A stretch of 64,000 nucleotides of DNA from the human T2T-CHM13v2.0 reference genome, Homo sapiens. Of this stretch, positions 53,160 through 64,000 are shown piece after piece. The DNA is taken from assembly GCF_009914755.1 (NCBI RefSeq), contig NC_060925.1, one strand, 5' to 3'. The translations under genes were made by a program, and so were the position numbers. The notes under the pieces are model-generated. The model ran no database searches. It had not been told where the DNA came from and saw only the letters and a list, made by a program, of their open reading frames with translations. Every line of letters starts with the position of its first letter. Positions within the stretch are counted from its first letter, which is position 1.

Positions 53160-53938
53160 AACAAAACATTATGATATATCAAAAGATACAGATGAGGAGA
53201 TATGTAGGACTAGGTATGGGGGAAGGGGCACAAAACTTCCATGTGCTCTCCAGGGTTGCCACTCTTGAAAAACCTCCACATGTTTAGCTTTTTGTAAACT
53301 CTCTCAACCAGTCCTGTTGAACATGTTATGGAGACTTCATTGGATAAGCATAATTGAATCATGGACAACCATGTAGAAATGTGATTGGATCAAATGAGTA
53401 TGATCTAATACTGATAGATTGAGTGAAGGAACTTAACAAGGCCTGTCTGTTCAGACTCTTCTCAGTCTCTCTGTGCAGTATTCCTTCCTCCTGGGTATGG
53501 GGAAGAACTCCTTCTGAAATTGTATCTGAAATCTTATGACCTACAATCAGACAAGGTAGGTCAGAGAATTTCTTTATGGCCAGCTCCAAGACAGAAAGGC
53601 AGGAGAAAATCAGAGAACATTTTTAGTTTCTATGGTCTGCCTTGGGGAGAAAAAGGAGCAGGTGAAAGGAGGGCAGGAGATTTGCTTCCGAGGTCTAAAC
53701 CATCCTGACATTATAACAAAATACTGTCTTTCATCTTTATCATTCTGAAGCTGTTCCAGATCTGCTTCAGGTACCAATGACACAAGGACAAATACTTTAA
53801 CAAAAGATACACTCATTGTTTTAGTCACGTAGGAAGTAGCAAGGGCTATAGGAGTTGTAAGCCAGGAACTGTGGGTGAAAACATATATATCTGTGTATCT
53901 ATATAATAACATATATGTGTATACATAAAATATCACAA
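53160..53938 (-). mobile_element. MER21-like LTR
   Basis: 'aggtatgggggaaggggcacaaaacttccatg', 'gccaggaactgtgggtgaaaac...atatcaca' terminus. Confidence 0.75.
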
Positions 53939-54341
53939 TAATAGAGCTCAAAAAGCAGGAATATATAAAAAAAGAAAGAGTAAATAGAAAGATTTAACTC
54001 ATCTAAAATTAATTATTACAATAACGTAAATGATCTAAATATTTCAATTGAAGGGCAGAGAACTCAGACTGGATGGCGTCATACTGGATAATCTCAGACT
54101 ATATTCTGTGTAGAAGAAATCCATTACAGTTCATGCATGAGCTTCAAGTCAGCAGGACCTTCATTTCAGTATCTCAGCCTCTCACTACATTAGTGAGATC
54201 ATATAGCATAGTGAAGAGCAAGAGTTGAATTAAAGCCATGTTAATAAACAGAAGAGGCTATTATGTCAATGTACTATGAATAGGGTCATTTTATCTCAGA
54301 GTATTAATTTACTTCTATATTCATTTGTACCCTTATCTATT

Positions 54342-54800
54342 TGTGCTAGGCTGAATAAAGATCCTCCAAAGACGTTCAAATCGTAATGCCTAGAACCTAT
54401 GACAATGTTACCTTACTTGGTGGAAGAGCCTTTTCAGATGTTATCAAATACAGGATTTTGAGATGGGAAGATTATCCTGGATTATTTGCTTGGGCTCAAT
54501 GTAATCACCAGTGTTTTTATGAAAGGAAAGCAGGAGAATCAGAGTTAGTAGTAGGAGACACGATGATGAAAGCAAGAGATTGGAGTGATCAGGACAGTGA
54601 TCATGAACCAAGGAATACAAACGGCCTCAAGAAACTGCAAAAGGCAAATAAATGGATTCTCCCATCACAGCCTACAGAAGAAAATATCTCTACTGACACT
54701 TTGGTTTCCACTCAGTAAATCTTCTTTTGGACTTTTGACCTCCAGGAATGTAAAATAATAAATTTGTGTTGTTTCAAGTAACTAAGCATAATCCAGTGAC
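54342..54800 (+). mobile_element. MLT1D-like MaLR LTR
   Basis: tgtgctaggctgaataa...ttgagatgggaagattatcctggattat...aataaatttgtgttgttt. Confidence 0.85.
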
Positions 54801-55186
54801 TGCTTTCAAGGAAGTCACAGTTTAATATTTCTCCTTGTTTAGCTTTAAGCGTTTGTAGAATTTTATACCCAACACCATTTCTTTGCAAACAAAACAATCA
54901 ATAAAGTATTCGGTCAGTATCTCTAATTGGATATAGAAAAAACAGTAGAGTTAAAATGGCACAGAAAGAATTAGATTTGTCTTTTTTTTTTTTGGCTATA
55001 TACTAGTGTTGCAAAATTAACTAACTCCTTAAGTATTAATATACTTATCTGTTATTTCAGAATAAACATATCTGTTTCACCATGTAAATAATTTTTAAAA
55101 AGCCACTACAACATATTCCAGATTATAGTTTCATGTTCATCTAATCTTTGATCTGAGACTTTGACGGTTATTATGCAAGCTATAAT

Positions 55187-55726
55187 GTATAAGTTAATAG
55201 TGTTTTCAACTGCATGTTACACAAACTCCCAAAAAGGTAGATGAAATAAATTGGAGTTTATGTTTCTCACATAGTAAAAATTGTAGAAGTAGGTAGGTCT
55301 TAGCATTACTTTGACTGATCACAGATACAATCAAGGAACCAGGCCCTTTCTATTTTTCTGCTAGACTGTCATTAATTCATTGGTTTTCTCATGCTTGTCA
55401 CCTTGTGGTTGTGAAATAAGTGCTCTATTGTCAGACAGCACATTGTCATATCTAGATTTAATATAGAATTATATTAGGAAGCACAGTGCCAGCAGCAACC
55501 ATCCCCTTTTATTAGTAAAGTAAAAGCTTCATGGAAAAATATGCCATTACCCCTCTTTAGAGATACTTGGTAAAATAGACAGCAAAGTTGACAAATTGGT
55601 AATGCAATTGTCATTTTGGTTTAGCCCACTTAGGCATGGACATATGCTATGTAGAATAACGGAATCTTGTTAGCAAGGAAGAAGCTATTAATACTCAAAG
55701 GATAGGTAGTTTACAAGTCCTGCCAC
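55187..55726 (-). mobile_element. Very old MLT1 (K/L-like) LTR
   Basis: 'tttatgtttctcacatagtaaaa...gtaggtagg', 'gttagcaaggaagaag...ctgccaca' terminus. Confidence 0.5.
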
Positions 55727-55794
55727 ATATATCAATGATGTTAATTCAAGAACTGTGGGGAAAGATACAGACCAGATGTGGAGTTGAGTAATAT

Positions 55795-56553
55795 CGATAC
55801 AGAAGGGGAGAAGGGAAGTGCTGGGAAGGCAATGGTGTGATGCTCCACCCCCAGCCTGTGCCCATGAACCTAGGTGAGGAGAGGCACTCCTGCCTTCACG
55901 CCCAAATGTTGCATTTCTCAAAGCCACCCTGGCCTGCCACGCTCCCATCCTGTGTCTATAAAAACCCCGAGACCCTAGTAGGCAGACACACAAGTGGCTG
56001 GACATCGAGAGGACGTCAAAAGGTGCACGCCTGTGGAAGACCACATGGCAGATGCTGGCATCCCGGCAGGCAGGCCATAGACTAGCGGAATGAGGCGGAG
56101 TTTGGCCAGGCAGTTGGAGGAGAGCCAGGGCTGCCTAGCGGCCTGACTCCAGGGGAAACCATCTCCCCTCTGGCTCCCCATCTCCTGAGAGCTACTTCCA
56201 CTCAATAAAACCTTGCACTCATTCTCCAAACCCACATGTGATCTGATTCTTCTGGTATATCAAGGCAAGAACCTCATGATACATAAAGCCCTCTGTCCTT
56301 GCTATAAGGCAGGGTCTAATTGAGCCAACACAAGCCACCTATGGATGGCTAAACTAAAAGAGCACCCTGCAACACATGCCCACTGGGTTTCAGCTATAAA
56401 TATTCATCCCTAGACACTGCCGTGGGGTTGGAGCCCCACAGCCGGCTCGTCTGTTATCTTCCCCTAGAGGTTTAAGCAATGGGGCACTGAAGAAGCGAGC
56501 CACACCCCCATCACATGCCCTGCAAGGGGGACAAGGGAACCTCTCCCATTTCA
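55795..56553 (+). mobile_element. LTR1-family ERV1 solo LTR
   Basis: gatacagaagggg...cccatcctgtgtctataaaaaccccgagacc...caataaaaccttgcactc...cccatttca; 4-bp TSD ATAT. Confidence 0.88.
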
Positions 56554-56592
56554 ATATAGATTAAATAAACAATGTAAAGAATTCTGCCAAAT

Positions 56593-56657
56593 GTGTGTGT
56601 GTGTGTGTGTATGTGTGTGTGTGTGTGTGTGCATGAGAAAGAGAGAGAAAGAGAAGA
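56593..56657. repeat. (TG)n microsatellite followed by a (GA)-rich tract
   Basis: tgtgtgtg...tatgtgtg...gagaaagagagagaaagag. Confidence 0.9.
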
Positions 56658-56863
56658 ATAAAATATTGGTGAATGTCACAGGCCTACTAGTGACCTTTCA
56701 TTTTCTCTTCCCAAAACGTCTTTCTTTCTTAATCTCGTGACTGCATTACTACCGCCTTCTAGTTGAAATTAGTCAGTCATCCTACAACAACAGGTAAGTC
56801 CTCAATGTATCTGCTCTCTGAAGAAATGTGAGAAAAAGCATCCAACTTTGAACTGTGTACATC

Positions 56864-59800
56864 TGAGACAGCCAGGTGGGAGGGGGTCCCTGGAGAAACT
56901 CCAACCAGTCTGCCCACTGAGGTGGAGCCCTGGGAAGTTCATGACTTTTGCAGCAGGGAGGAGCCTGGCCCCTCCTCTTCCCACGTGGGACCTGGGATTC
57001 AAGGTGCGAGCTTCACAGAAAAATATGCCATTACCCCTCTTTAGAGATACTTGGTAAAACAGACAGCAAAGCTGACAAGTTGGTAATGTGATTGTCATTT
57101 TTGTTTAGACCATTTTAACCAGACATGGACATAATGCTACATAGAACAATAATGGAATCTTGTTAGCAAGGGAGAAGCTATTAATAATCAAAGGATAGGT
57201 AGTTTACTAGGCCTGCCACATATATCAGTGAAGTTAATTCAAGAACTGTGGGAAAAGACACAGTCATTTTGATTTGCGGAGACTCCCTGTTTCCCCCTTT
57301 TCTTCTTTTTCATCCAATAAAACCCTGCTTTACTCACCCTCTCTAATCGTCTGCAAGCCTAAATTTTCATGGCTATGGGACAGACAAGAACTCCACCTTT
57401 AACTGAACTAAGGAAAATTCCTGCAACATTTTTGGTGCACAAAGTGGGAGCTCAAGAAGCGGTGAGTGAAATGGAGATTCAAAACCTCTCACTGTCGCTT
57501 CTAAGCCTTTTCATCCTCGGACTTCTGAGGGTGGGGGGAAACCATTTTCCCAACTCCTGTTGCTCCCCGGCCTTTTCATGGCCTTTTCCTTCCTTTTTCA
57601 GGACTGACCTGTGAGCAGCAGTTCCCAGCCGCTCCTCCCTCTCTGCCGGGGCTGGGATGTATGGCTCAAGAATCCTGCACTGCCACGTGGCTGGTTCCCA
57701 GCCAGGCACTGCTGCAACCTTCCCTTTCTCCCACCAAGGGGTTCAGCTCCATTGGACAATAATTAAGATTTTCTCCTGGTGGAGGAACCACTTGCCTAAG
57801 AATTAGAGGTTCTTCCCTAGGCATTTTTAAACTGTTCTTTTTTCTTTCCCCTTCTCCACCTTGTCGGGAGCTAACTTTTAAAGTTTTTTCCTTCATAAGA
57901 TGTTTTACCAGGCCAGCCCTCCCCAACAAGTATCACTGTTTGTATTCTCTGCAAAGTTTTGGTTGTGAAATCAAGCCTCCATCTTGTTTTATATCCTGAG
58001 GGCGTGGGTGGTAACCCTTGGCAAGGCTTTGTTGGGCAACCCTGCCTTAGGGGATGAGCCCTCTCAGGCTCCATATCTGCACTTTTTCCTAGCCCTGTCT
58101 CTTAAAGCTTCCCACCCAGCGACTGTGTTTTCCTCTGCCTGTCTGTGTGTATACTGTGTGTAATGTCTGTCAAAATAGCTCTAATTAATTTGGCCTAAAG
58201 AAAGACAAACACTTGGATCTATTATTTTTTAAAGGGAAGTTAAAAGCTGTGGAAGCTTTCAGTTCATGTGACTTTAATCTTTAAGAAATAAAAACAGCCT
58301 TAAAGATTATTAGTAAAATGCAGGTCAGATACAAGGTTTGGTAAGTGTTTTGAGGGTGCAAACTGCTTTTGGGGTTTTGAGAACTATTTGATTTGCCAGC
58401 TTCACAACTGGTAGAGCCTGGGGCCATTTGGAACTAACCACACCCTTAATTAAGAAGGCAAACCTTGGCTGCACTTATCACACAACTAAAACAACTTACC
58501 AAGTTTTCCTTAAAGTTAAAAATTGCTAGGAGTTAACTGAAACTACTAGAAATAGATTTACTCGAAAGGTGTGTAAGAACAGTAAAGTGCGTTTTTTAGT
58601 AAAAGTTTGTAAGAAGGCATGGAAATGTAAACTTTTGTCTGGGGTTAAAGGATTGTTTTGAGTTAAATTAGGAAAAAGCTGAAAGTTCAAAGAAGCAGTG
58701 GAAGAATTGTGGAAATTCTTCTTGCAGAAGAGGTCATCTAGGTGAACATACTAACTAAATTCCAAAAGGAGTATTATATGGTTTTTCTGTAAATTGAACA
58801 TTGAAATAAAAACATAACAAAGTTTCCTTAAGGTGCTAATCTGCTCATTCACAAAATTTGTAAAGGGTTATAAAAGCTTTTTGCTTCTTAAAAATTTCCA
58901 AGTCATCATTTTGGCAAAATAAATAACTTATGGTAATCCGGAATTCTATTTCATAATATCAAGTGTTTATGAAACGTATTTGACAGCCTTCCCCACATCA
59001 AACTTCAGTTTCAAAATTGTCTTCCCTGGCACCTGGCTTTTCAAATACTTCAGAGGGCCCCTGAAATGTCCAGAAAGGAGAGATAAACAGAATTATTTCA
59101 CATATTTAGGTACATGGGATTGCCAACATGATGCTCAATCTTCTTTAGGTTATATCTTGGTGAATAATGCTAATATATGTTCCAAAATTTATGGGATTCC
59201 TCAAATTCTAATGTCTGAGTATGTGCTATCAATCATAATTAAGGTTGTTATGTTTAAGTTATTGTAAACCACAGAGATAACCAAACTTCTTTCTCAATTG
59301 TGTTTCTAACTGTAACTACCCTGGATATTTTGCTATTCACAGAAAATTGTTGTCTTATTTTAATGCTTTTCAAAAAAATGGTTTATAATAAGCTGTAGGA
59401 CTGAAACAGGTGCTCTCAAATACAGGCTTCTGGTAACATTGGAGATTGTGATGTTAAAGGAAAATGTACAGGACTCATGAAGAGCCAAAATGTCCATGAA
59501 TATCAAGCAAAACAAGAGTTAACCAATGGACTGAACTCAGAAAACTGAAGCAACCTTTTTAACCTTTGCCTGGAATATTGCTGATCCTTTTTTTTGTTTT
59601 TCAGACTCAAGGAAATTTAAACTATTTACTTAAACTATTTAAATTATTTATGGCCTTTAATAATTAAGTAAGGTTTATTCTTGGGATCAAAATTTGGAGC
59701 ATGTTTGTTTTTCTCTACCTGGTTCCTCTAAAATTTGGAAACTGTCTGTGAGTATTCTTATGGCAATATAGTTGTTTGCATCAGTGCAAGAAGAATTCAT

Positions 59801-62161
59801 TTTTCTTTTGCTACAAGACACAGTTGGAGAATCTGGTAATTTTACCAAGGCTTTGACTGGAAGGGTGTGCTTCCCTTTAAGGAGTCAATCTCTCCTTGCA
59901 AAGTCAATAAAAGCCCAGTGGGCAAACTGGCCTCATACCCTTGCCTACATGGTCTCTGTAGAGGGTTCCTGACCTGTATTCAGTTAAGAATGTCACTTTC
60001 TAACAGGTCTAGGACCTCCACGTTTATCTTGGGACCTTAAGAGGAGAGGATCACCCAACTCACAGGTGTTTGAGGATACTAACCCATGGCTGGGCTCAGC
60101 TTTAAAAGGTCTTATCTGAGACTCCTTGTGGAACAGAATTCCATCAAAGCCAATCCAAAAGGCCTATGTAGAAATAATTATTCTTGCTGCACTTAATGCA
60201 AATAATCAGGCCAAGTATAAAACGAAAGTCTATTTTGCAAACAACTCAGTCCTACAATGATTTATTTTTTAACAAACATGAGGACTGGAGAGTGAGAAAT
60301 TATGTTCAAAATGTATATCTTTGTCATTAAATTCTAAACTCACTAGTTCTTTTTAAGTTTTCATCTACATTTTAGACTAATCCTGCTTGATTCTGTGAAC
60401 CAACCGGCAATCCCTGGCTGTAGCTCAGAAAGAACAAAAGGGATGGGTAATGTAGAAATCCGGATAGATACTCTAGTTCTGAGCAATTATCCTGCAAATC
60501 CTGCCAAGTGATAGAATAAATAGGGAATAAATACAGTGCCCATCACCCGGAGGTTTCCTTTTTGGGAATGTAAAACCAAGGGAACTAACCAAAGCCAGGC
60601 ACCATGCACCGAAATTCTAGCAAGCATAACTCTAGCTACCAGTTATCTGGATGGGTCACAAGACATTCTTTCCTCTTCCTTGTTGGAGGACTCAATTCCA
60701 CAGTTTCACTTTAGCATTCAGCTTATAATGAGTCCATGTAAACCCTCAAGACACATATTTGTCCCAAACTCAATTCCATGCTTCAGGTCAAAGCCCTAGG
60801 GAGGAAAACTGGATCTGAGGGATCCAGAAGCAAATGACAACAGAGGTTAAAAGGCACAGCACAGGTGATGACAGAGGTTAAAAGGCACAGCACAGCACTG
60901 CCGATTAAGCCAACCCCAAGCCTCTTGTTTCATGGATAAAGACCACATTAATACTGATGGCATAAATGAGGTCTAGGGAACTCTAAGGCTACTGATAGTA
61001 GATGGGAAAGAGACATAGGTGAGAACAGATAATTCCTATTCTCTAGGCCCCCCTGCTTCATGGATGCAAGTCGCTTTGACACCTATGGCGACACCTACCA
61101 AGGTCGCCGGAACTGGGGGATGGAAGGACAGAAGAGGGAAAAAGGATGCTCTCTCTCCCACTCCCTTACACCTGGGTATCTGCTAGGAAGAGAAGGGAAC
61201 CAGGGATGCCTGCTCCCCTCTTTCTCATCTTGAGTCTGTACCCCTTTTGAATGCATCCTCAACCCATTGAACTCCTTTGAAAAAATGCCTTCTTTTTATT
61301 CCTTTCTCCTCCTCTGTTCTCTCTTCACTAATAGGTAACTGACTCAGTACTATGGGACACTCCCCTCAGATACATCTTCCATACTGGAAAGAGTTAATTT
61401 CCCAAACCTTAAACTGGTTGGCTTAGGATAGGGTTCAGGGGAAAGGAACCCAGAAGCCTGACATGCCAGCAAAAAGGTAAAGTTTTGTTAACCAGTTGGG
61501 CTTTTGGCCTCCCTCTCCCAGTGCAAACTGGTAAAAGGCTTCAGAATTTTTGAGCTGTCCTTGCCCCTGCCCTTGTTTCATTTTGACACATGTTTCCTAA
61601 TAACCCCCTCTCTGTTCTTACCCTCAAGTCATCAAACTCCAAACAGTCATGCAACGGGAGCCTCTGAGGATGGCCCCTTCTGCTGGGAACCCTTAGATCG
61701 GCCTCTGAAAGAGCTCTGACTGCTGTTTCCCCAAAACAACACCCCCTGGCAGCAGGAAGAAATTAATATTGGTCTTCGTCCTTATCCTCATGCTAACGGC
61801 AGTTAGATGTACTTCTTTAGAGGGGCGAATGAGACAGCCAGATGGGCGGGGGTCCCTGGAGAAACTCCGTCCAGCCTGCTCACTGAGGTGGAGCCTCAGG
61901 AAGATTCCACCTGTGCAGCAGGGAGGATCCTGGCCCCTCCTCTTCCTGTGTGGAACTTGGATTCAAGCTGAGGGTGGGAAGCACTCAAGCTTGATACTCT
62001 AGCCTTGCAGAGATTCCCTGCTTAGCCCTTTTTTTCTTTTTCACCCAAAAAAATCCTGCTTTACTCACGCTCTGCAACGTCTGTGAGCCTAAATTTTCGT
62101 GGCCGTGGGATGGACAGGAACCCTGCCTGCTTTAGCTGAACTAAGGAAAAGCCGTGCAACA
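56864..62161 (+). mobile_element. MER61-type ERV1 provirus: 5'LTR 56864-57428, non-coding internal, 3'LTR 61830-62161
   Basis: Both LTRs start tgagacagcca and end tgcaaca; PBS-like at 57433; PPT agaggggcgaa; 4-bp TSD CATC (56860-56863 / 62162-62165); no gag/pol/env ORF. Confidence 0.9.
57009..57263 (+). repeat. Direct-repeat copy of 55525-55770 inserted in the 5' LTR
   Basis: agcttca..gaaaaatatgccattacccctctttagagatacttggtaaaa...ttaattcaagaactgtggg.aaaga.acag present at both places. Confidence 0.95.
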
Positions 62162-62410
62162 CATCCAGTAGGATCTACCTTCTATGAAGGTGAGGGTCTA
62201 CTGAGGATGAGTTAAAAACTAATGTTGATTTTATAATTTTATGAGAGGTTATATTTGGTTTTCTTAACATGGTGAGTTTCATAAGTTTTGTCCTTTTTGG
62301 AGCATCCATTTTTTTATTATGTCTTTGTTCTCCAAAAGTAAAATTCAAAGAAATTTCTGAAATTTCCTCTGATAATGCTGTCATATTCCAAGAAACATTA
62401 TGGCTGTTTT

Positions 62411-62694
62411 GTTTTTGTTTTGTTTTGTTTTTTGAAATGGAGTCTTGCTCTGTTGCCAGGCTGGAGTGCAGTGGTGGCATCTCGATTCACTGCAGCCTCT
62501 GTCTCCTGGGTTCAAGCTATTCTGCCTCAGCCTCCTGAGTGGCTGTGATTACAGGCGCCTGCCACCACGCCCAGCTAATTTTTGTATTTTTAGTAGAAAT
62601 GGGGTTTCACCATGTTAATCAGGCTGATCTTGAACTCCTGACCTCGTGATCTGCTTGCCTTGGCCTCCCAAAGTGCTGGGATTACAGGCATGAG
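62411..62694 (-). mobile_element. AluSc-like, slightly 5'-truncated
   Basis: 'ctgttgccaggctgg' and 'gacctcgtgatc' short variants; TSD atta[t/c]ggctgtttt. Confidence 0.92.
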
Positions 62695-63477
62695 ATTACG
62701 GCTGTTTTTTAAAATCAACTTGCACTCTGCTTACTAGCAGTTTGGTGGTCACTGTGAAAGTAAGTTTTTGCTTCATTTAAACATATATGATACACAGTAA
62801 TTATCTTATTTGTTAAATCCCAAATAATTGTTCCCCAAATTTAGATATCTATTCAAATCCATCAGACAATAGTCTATCAACCAAAACTAAATGAAAGCAA
62901 TTTGAATTTTTATTTTCTTCTCTCTTGAAAAAATTCAAATATGAGTTGATTACAAAATATTTTTAACTCCCGTCTTAAGACTCTATCTAAAAATCTCAAA
63001 AACTCTACTGTTTACTAAATCCACTTTACCTTTTGGTACTCCTGACCCATTTCTCTACTGTTTCTAGATCTATGTTTCCTAATTGTCCTTTTCAGTTGCA
63101 ATTAATAGACTTTCATCTCTTCTGGTTTTTGTTCCCACACATTAACCTTGAACTTCATAATAATATTCAGGAGAAACAGGGCTTGACAAATCCTTCATAG
63201 AATAACGGTGGCAATAGCAGGGATTGGATTTGGAAGGTAAAGGAAATACCTACTACATGAGAAGATGCTGTGACCACCTGTACATTAATATCTAAGGATC
63301 TTACAATACATGATAACACTGTGTTTTCTTAATTATGTTAAACAAATCAGCAGTGGTGTATAAGCATTGAAAGACTGAAGATACAAAAAGTACTGAAAGA
63401 CCTAATGGGAAATGACAGTAGAAGAAAAAAGTAAAGAAGAGGACATAAAAGGGAAACCAATAGTGAGGAAGTGAAAC

Positions 63478-63649
63478 TGAAGAGATGCAGTTTAATGGGC
63501 GTAAAGTTTCAGTCATGCAAAATAAAAACAGTTCTAGAGATCTACAGTACAATATGATGCTTATAGTTGACAATACTCTATTATACACTTAAAAATTTGC
63601 TAAGAGGGTAGTTCTCATGCTGTGTGTTTTCTTAACCACAATAAAAAAA
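63478..63649 (+). mobile_element. L1MA10/L1MB-like 3'-end fragment
   Basis: 'aaagtttcagtcatgcaa...ttaaaaatttgctaagagggtag...accacaataaaaaaaa'. Confidence 0.85.
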
Positions 63650-64000
63650 ATCACTGTGGCATGAAAAGGGTTCAGGGGAATAAAGATTTGGATCAGCTAT
63701 TTACACACCATTTCAAAACAATGGAAATAAAAACTTAAGCAAAAAGATGGAAATCACTAGTCAAAGAAGCTAAGTTAGTTCCTTTGGTGAAAGCTTGTTT
63801 GCCTGCAGCAAACAAGGAAATAAACCCTGGATATCAGTGAAAGCTAGATATTTTGTTTGGGGCAATGATGTTTAATGTATTAAGGGTGACTGATCAAAGA
63901 AACCAGTGTAAACGTCCACAGCCTGAGGTTTCCCAGAATTGTTCAGTGCCTATGGTATTCTCTCTGTTTAACAATGATTGTGCATGTGATACATTATGGC

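Noticed and set aside
57429-61829. ERV internal ORFs as gag/pol/env genes
   Set aside because: All are under 100 aa and lack retroviral motifs
55795-62161. p53 response elements reported for some LTR1/MER61 subfamilies
   Set aside because: Only imperfect half-sites (e.g. acacatgccc) seen; no full tandem RRRCWWGYYY pair

Overview
This is not microbial DNA. It is an AT-rich, apparently gene-free stretch of a primate (human/ape-like) nuclear genome, and most of it is transposable-element debris. It holds nine Alu-type SINEs, several L1 LINEs (one near full-length L1PB-type copy, one 5'-inverted copy, one tiny young L1PA2/L1HS-like stub), solo ERV LTRs (LTR12/ERV9, LTR17/HERV-W, LTR1, MER57, MER21, MLT/MST/THE1), two LTR-internal-LTR elements (MST-type MaLR and MER61-type ERV1) and DNA-transposon relics (MER2, MADE1, MER5, MER44 stub). 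I find no intact protein-coding gene, RNA gene or CRISPR array. The listed ORFs are broken L1 ORF1/ORF2 pieces or chance frames in repeats. I cannot support a claim of a new biological system here. The best leads are mechanistic: (1) a ~250-bp copy of nearby flanking DNA inserted into the 5' LTR of the MER61 provirus; (2) a 48-bp young L1 stub with a double poly(A) tail and no target-site duplication that cuts off a MER44 end, a candidate insertion-mediated deletion; (3) a young-looking ~860-bp retrocopy-like insert that resembles, from memory, the multicopy SEPTIN14 3'UTR; (4) a five-level nested TE stack; (5) a twin-priming L1 inversion. Family names come from remembered consensus sequences and need RepeatMasker/Dfam confirmation. 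Boundaries of old elements are approximate.
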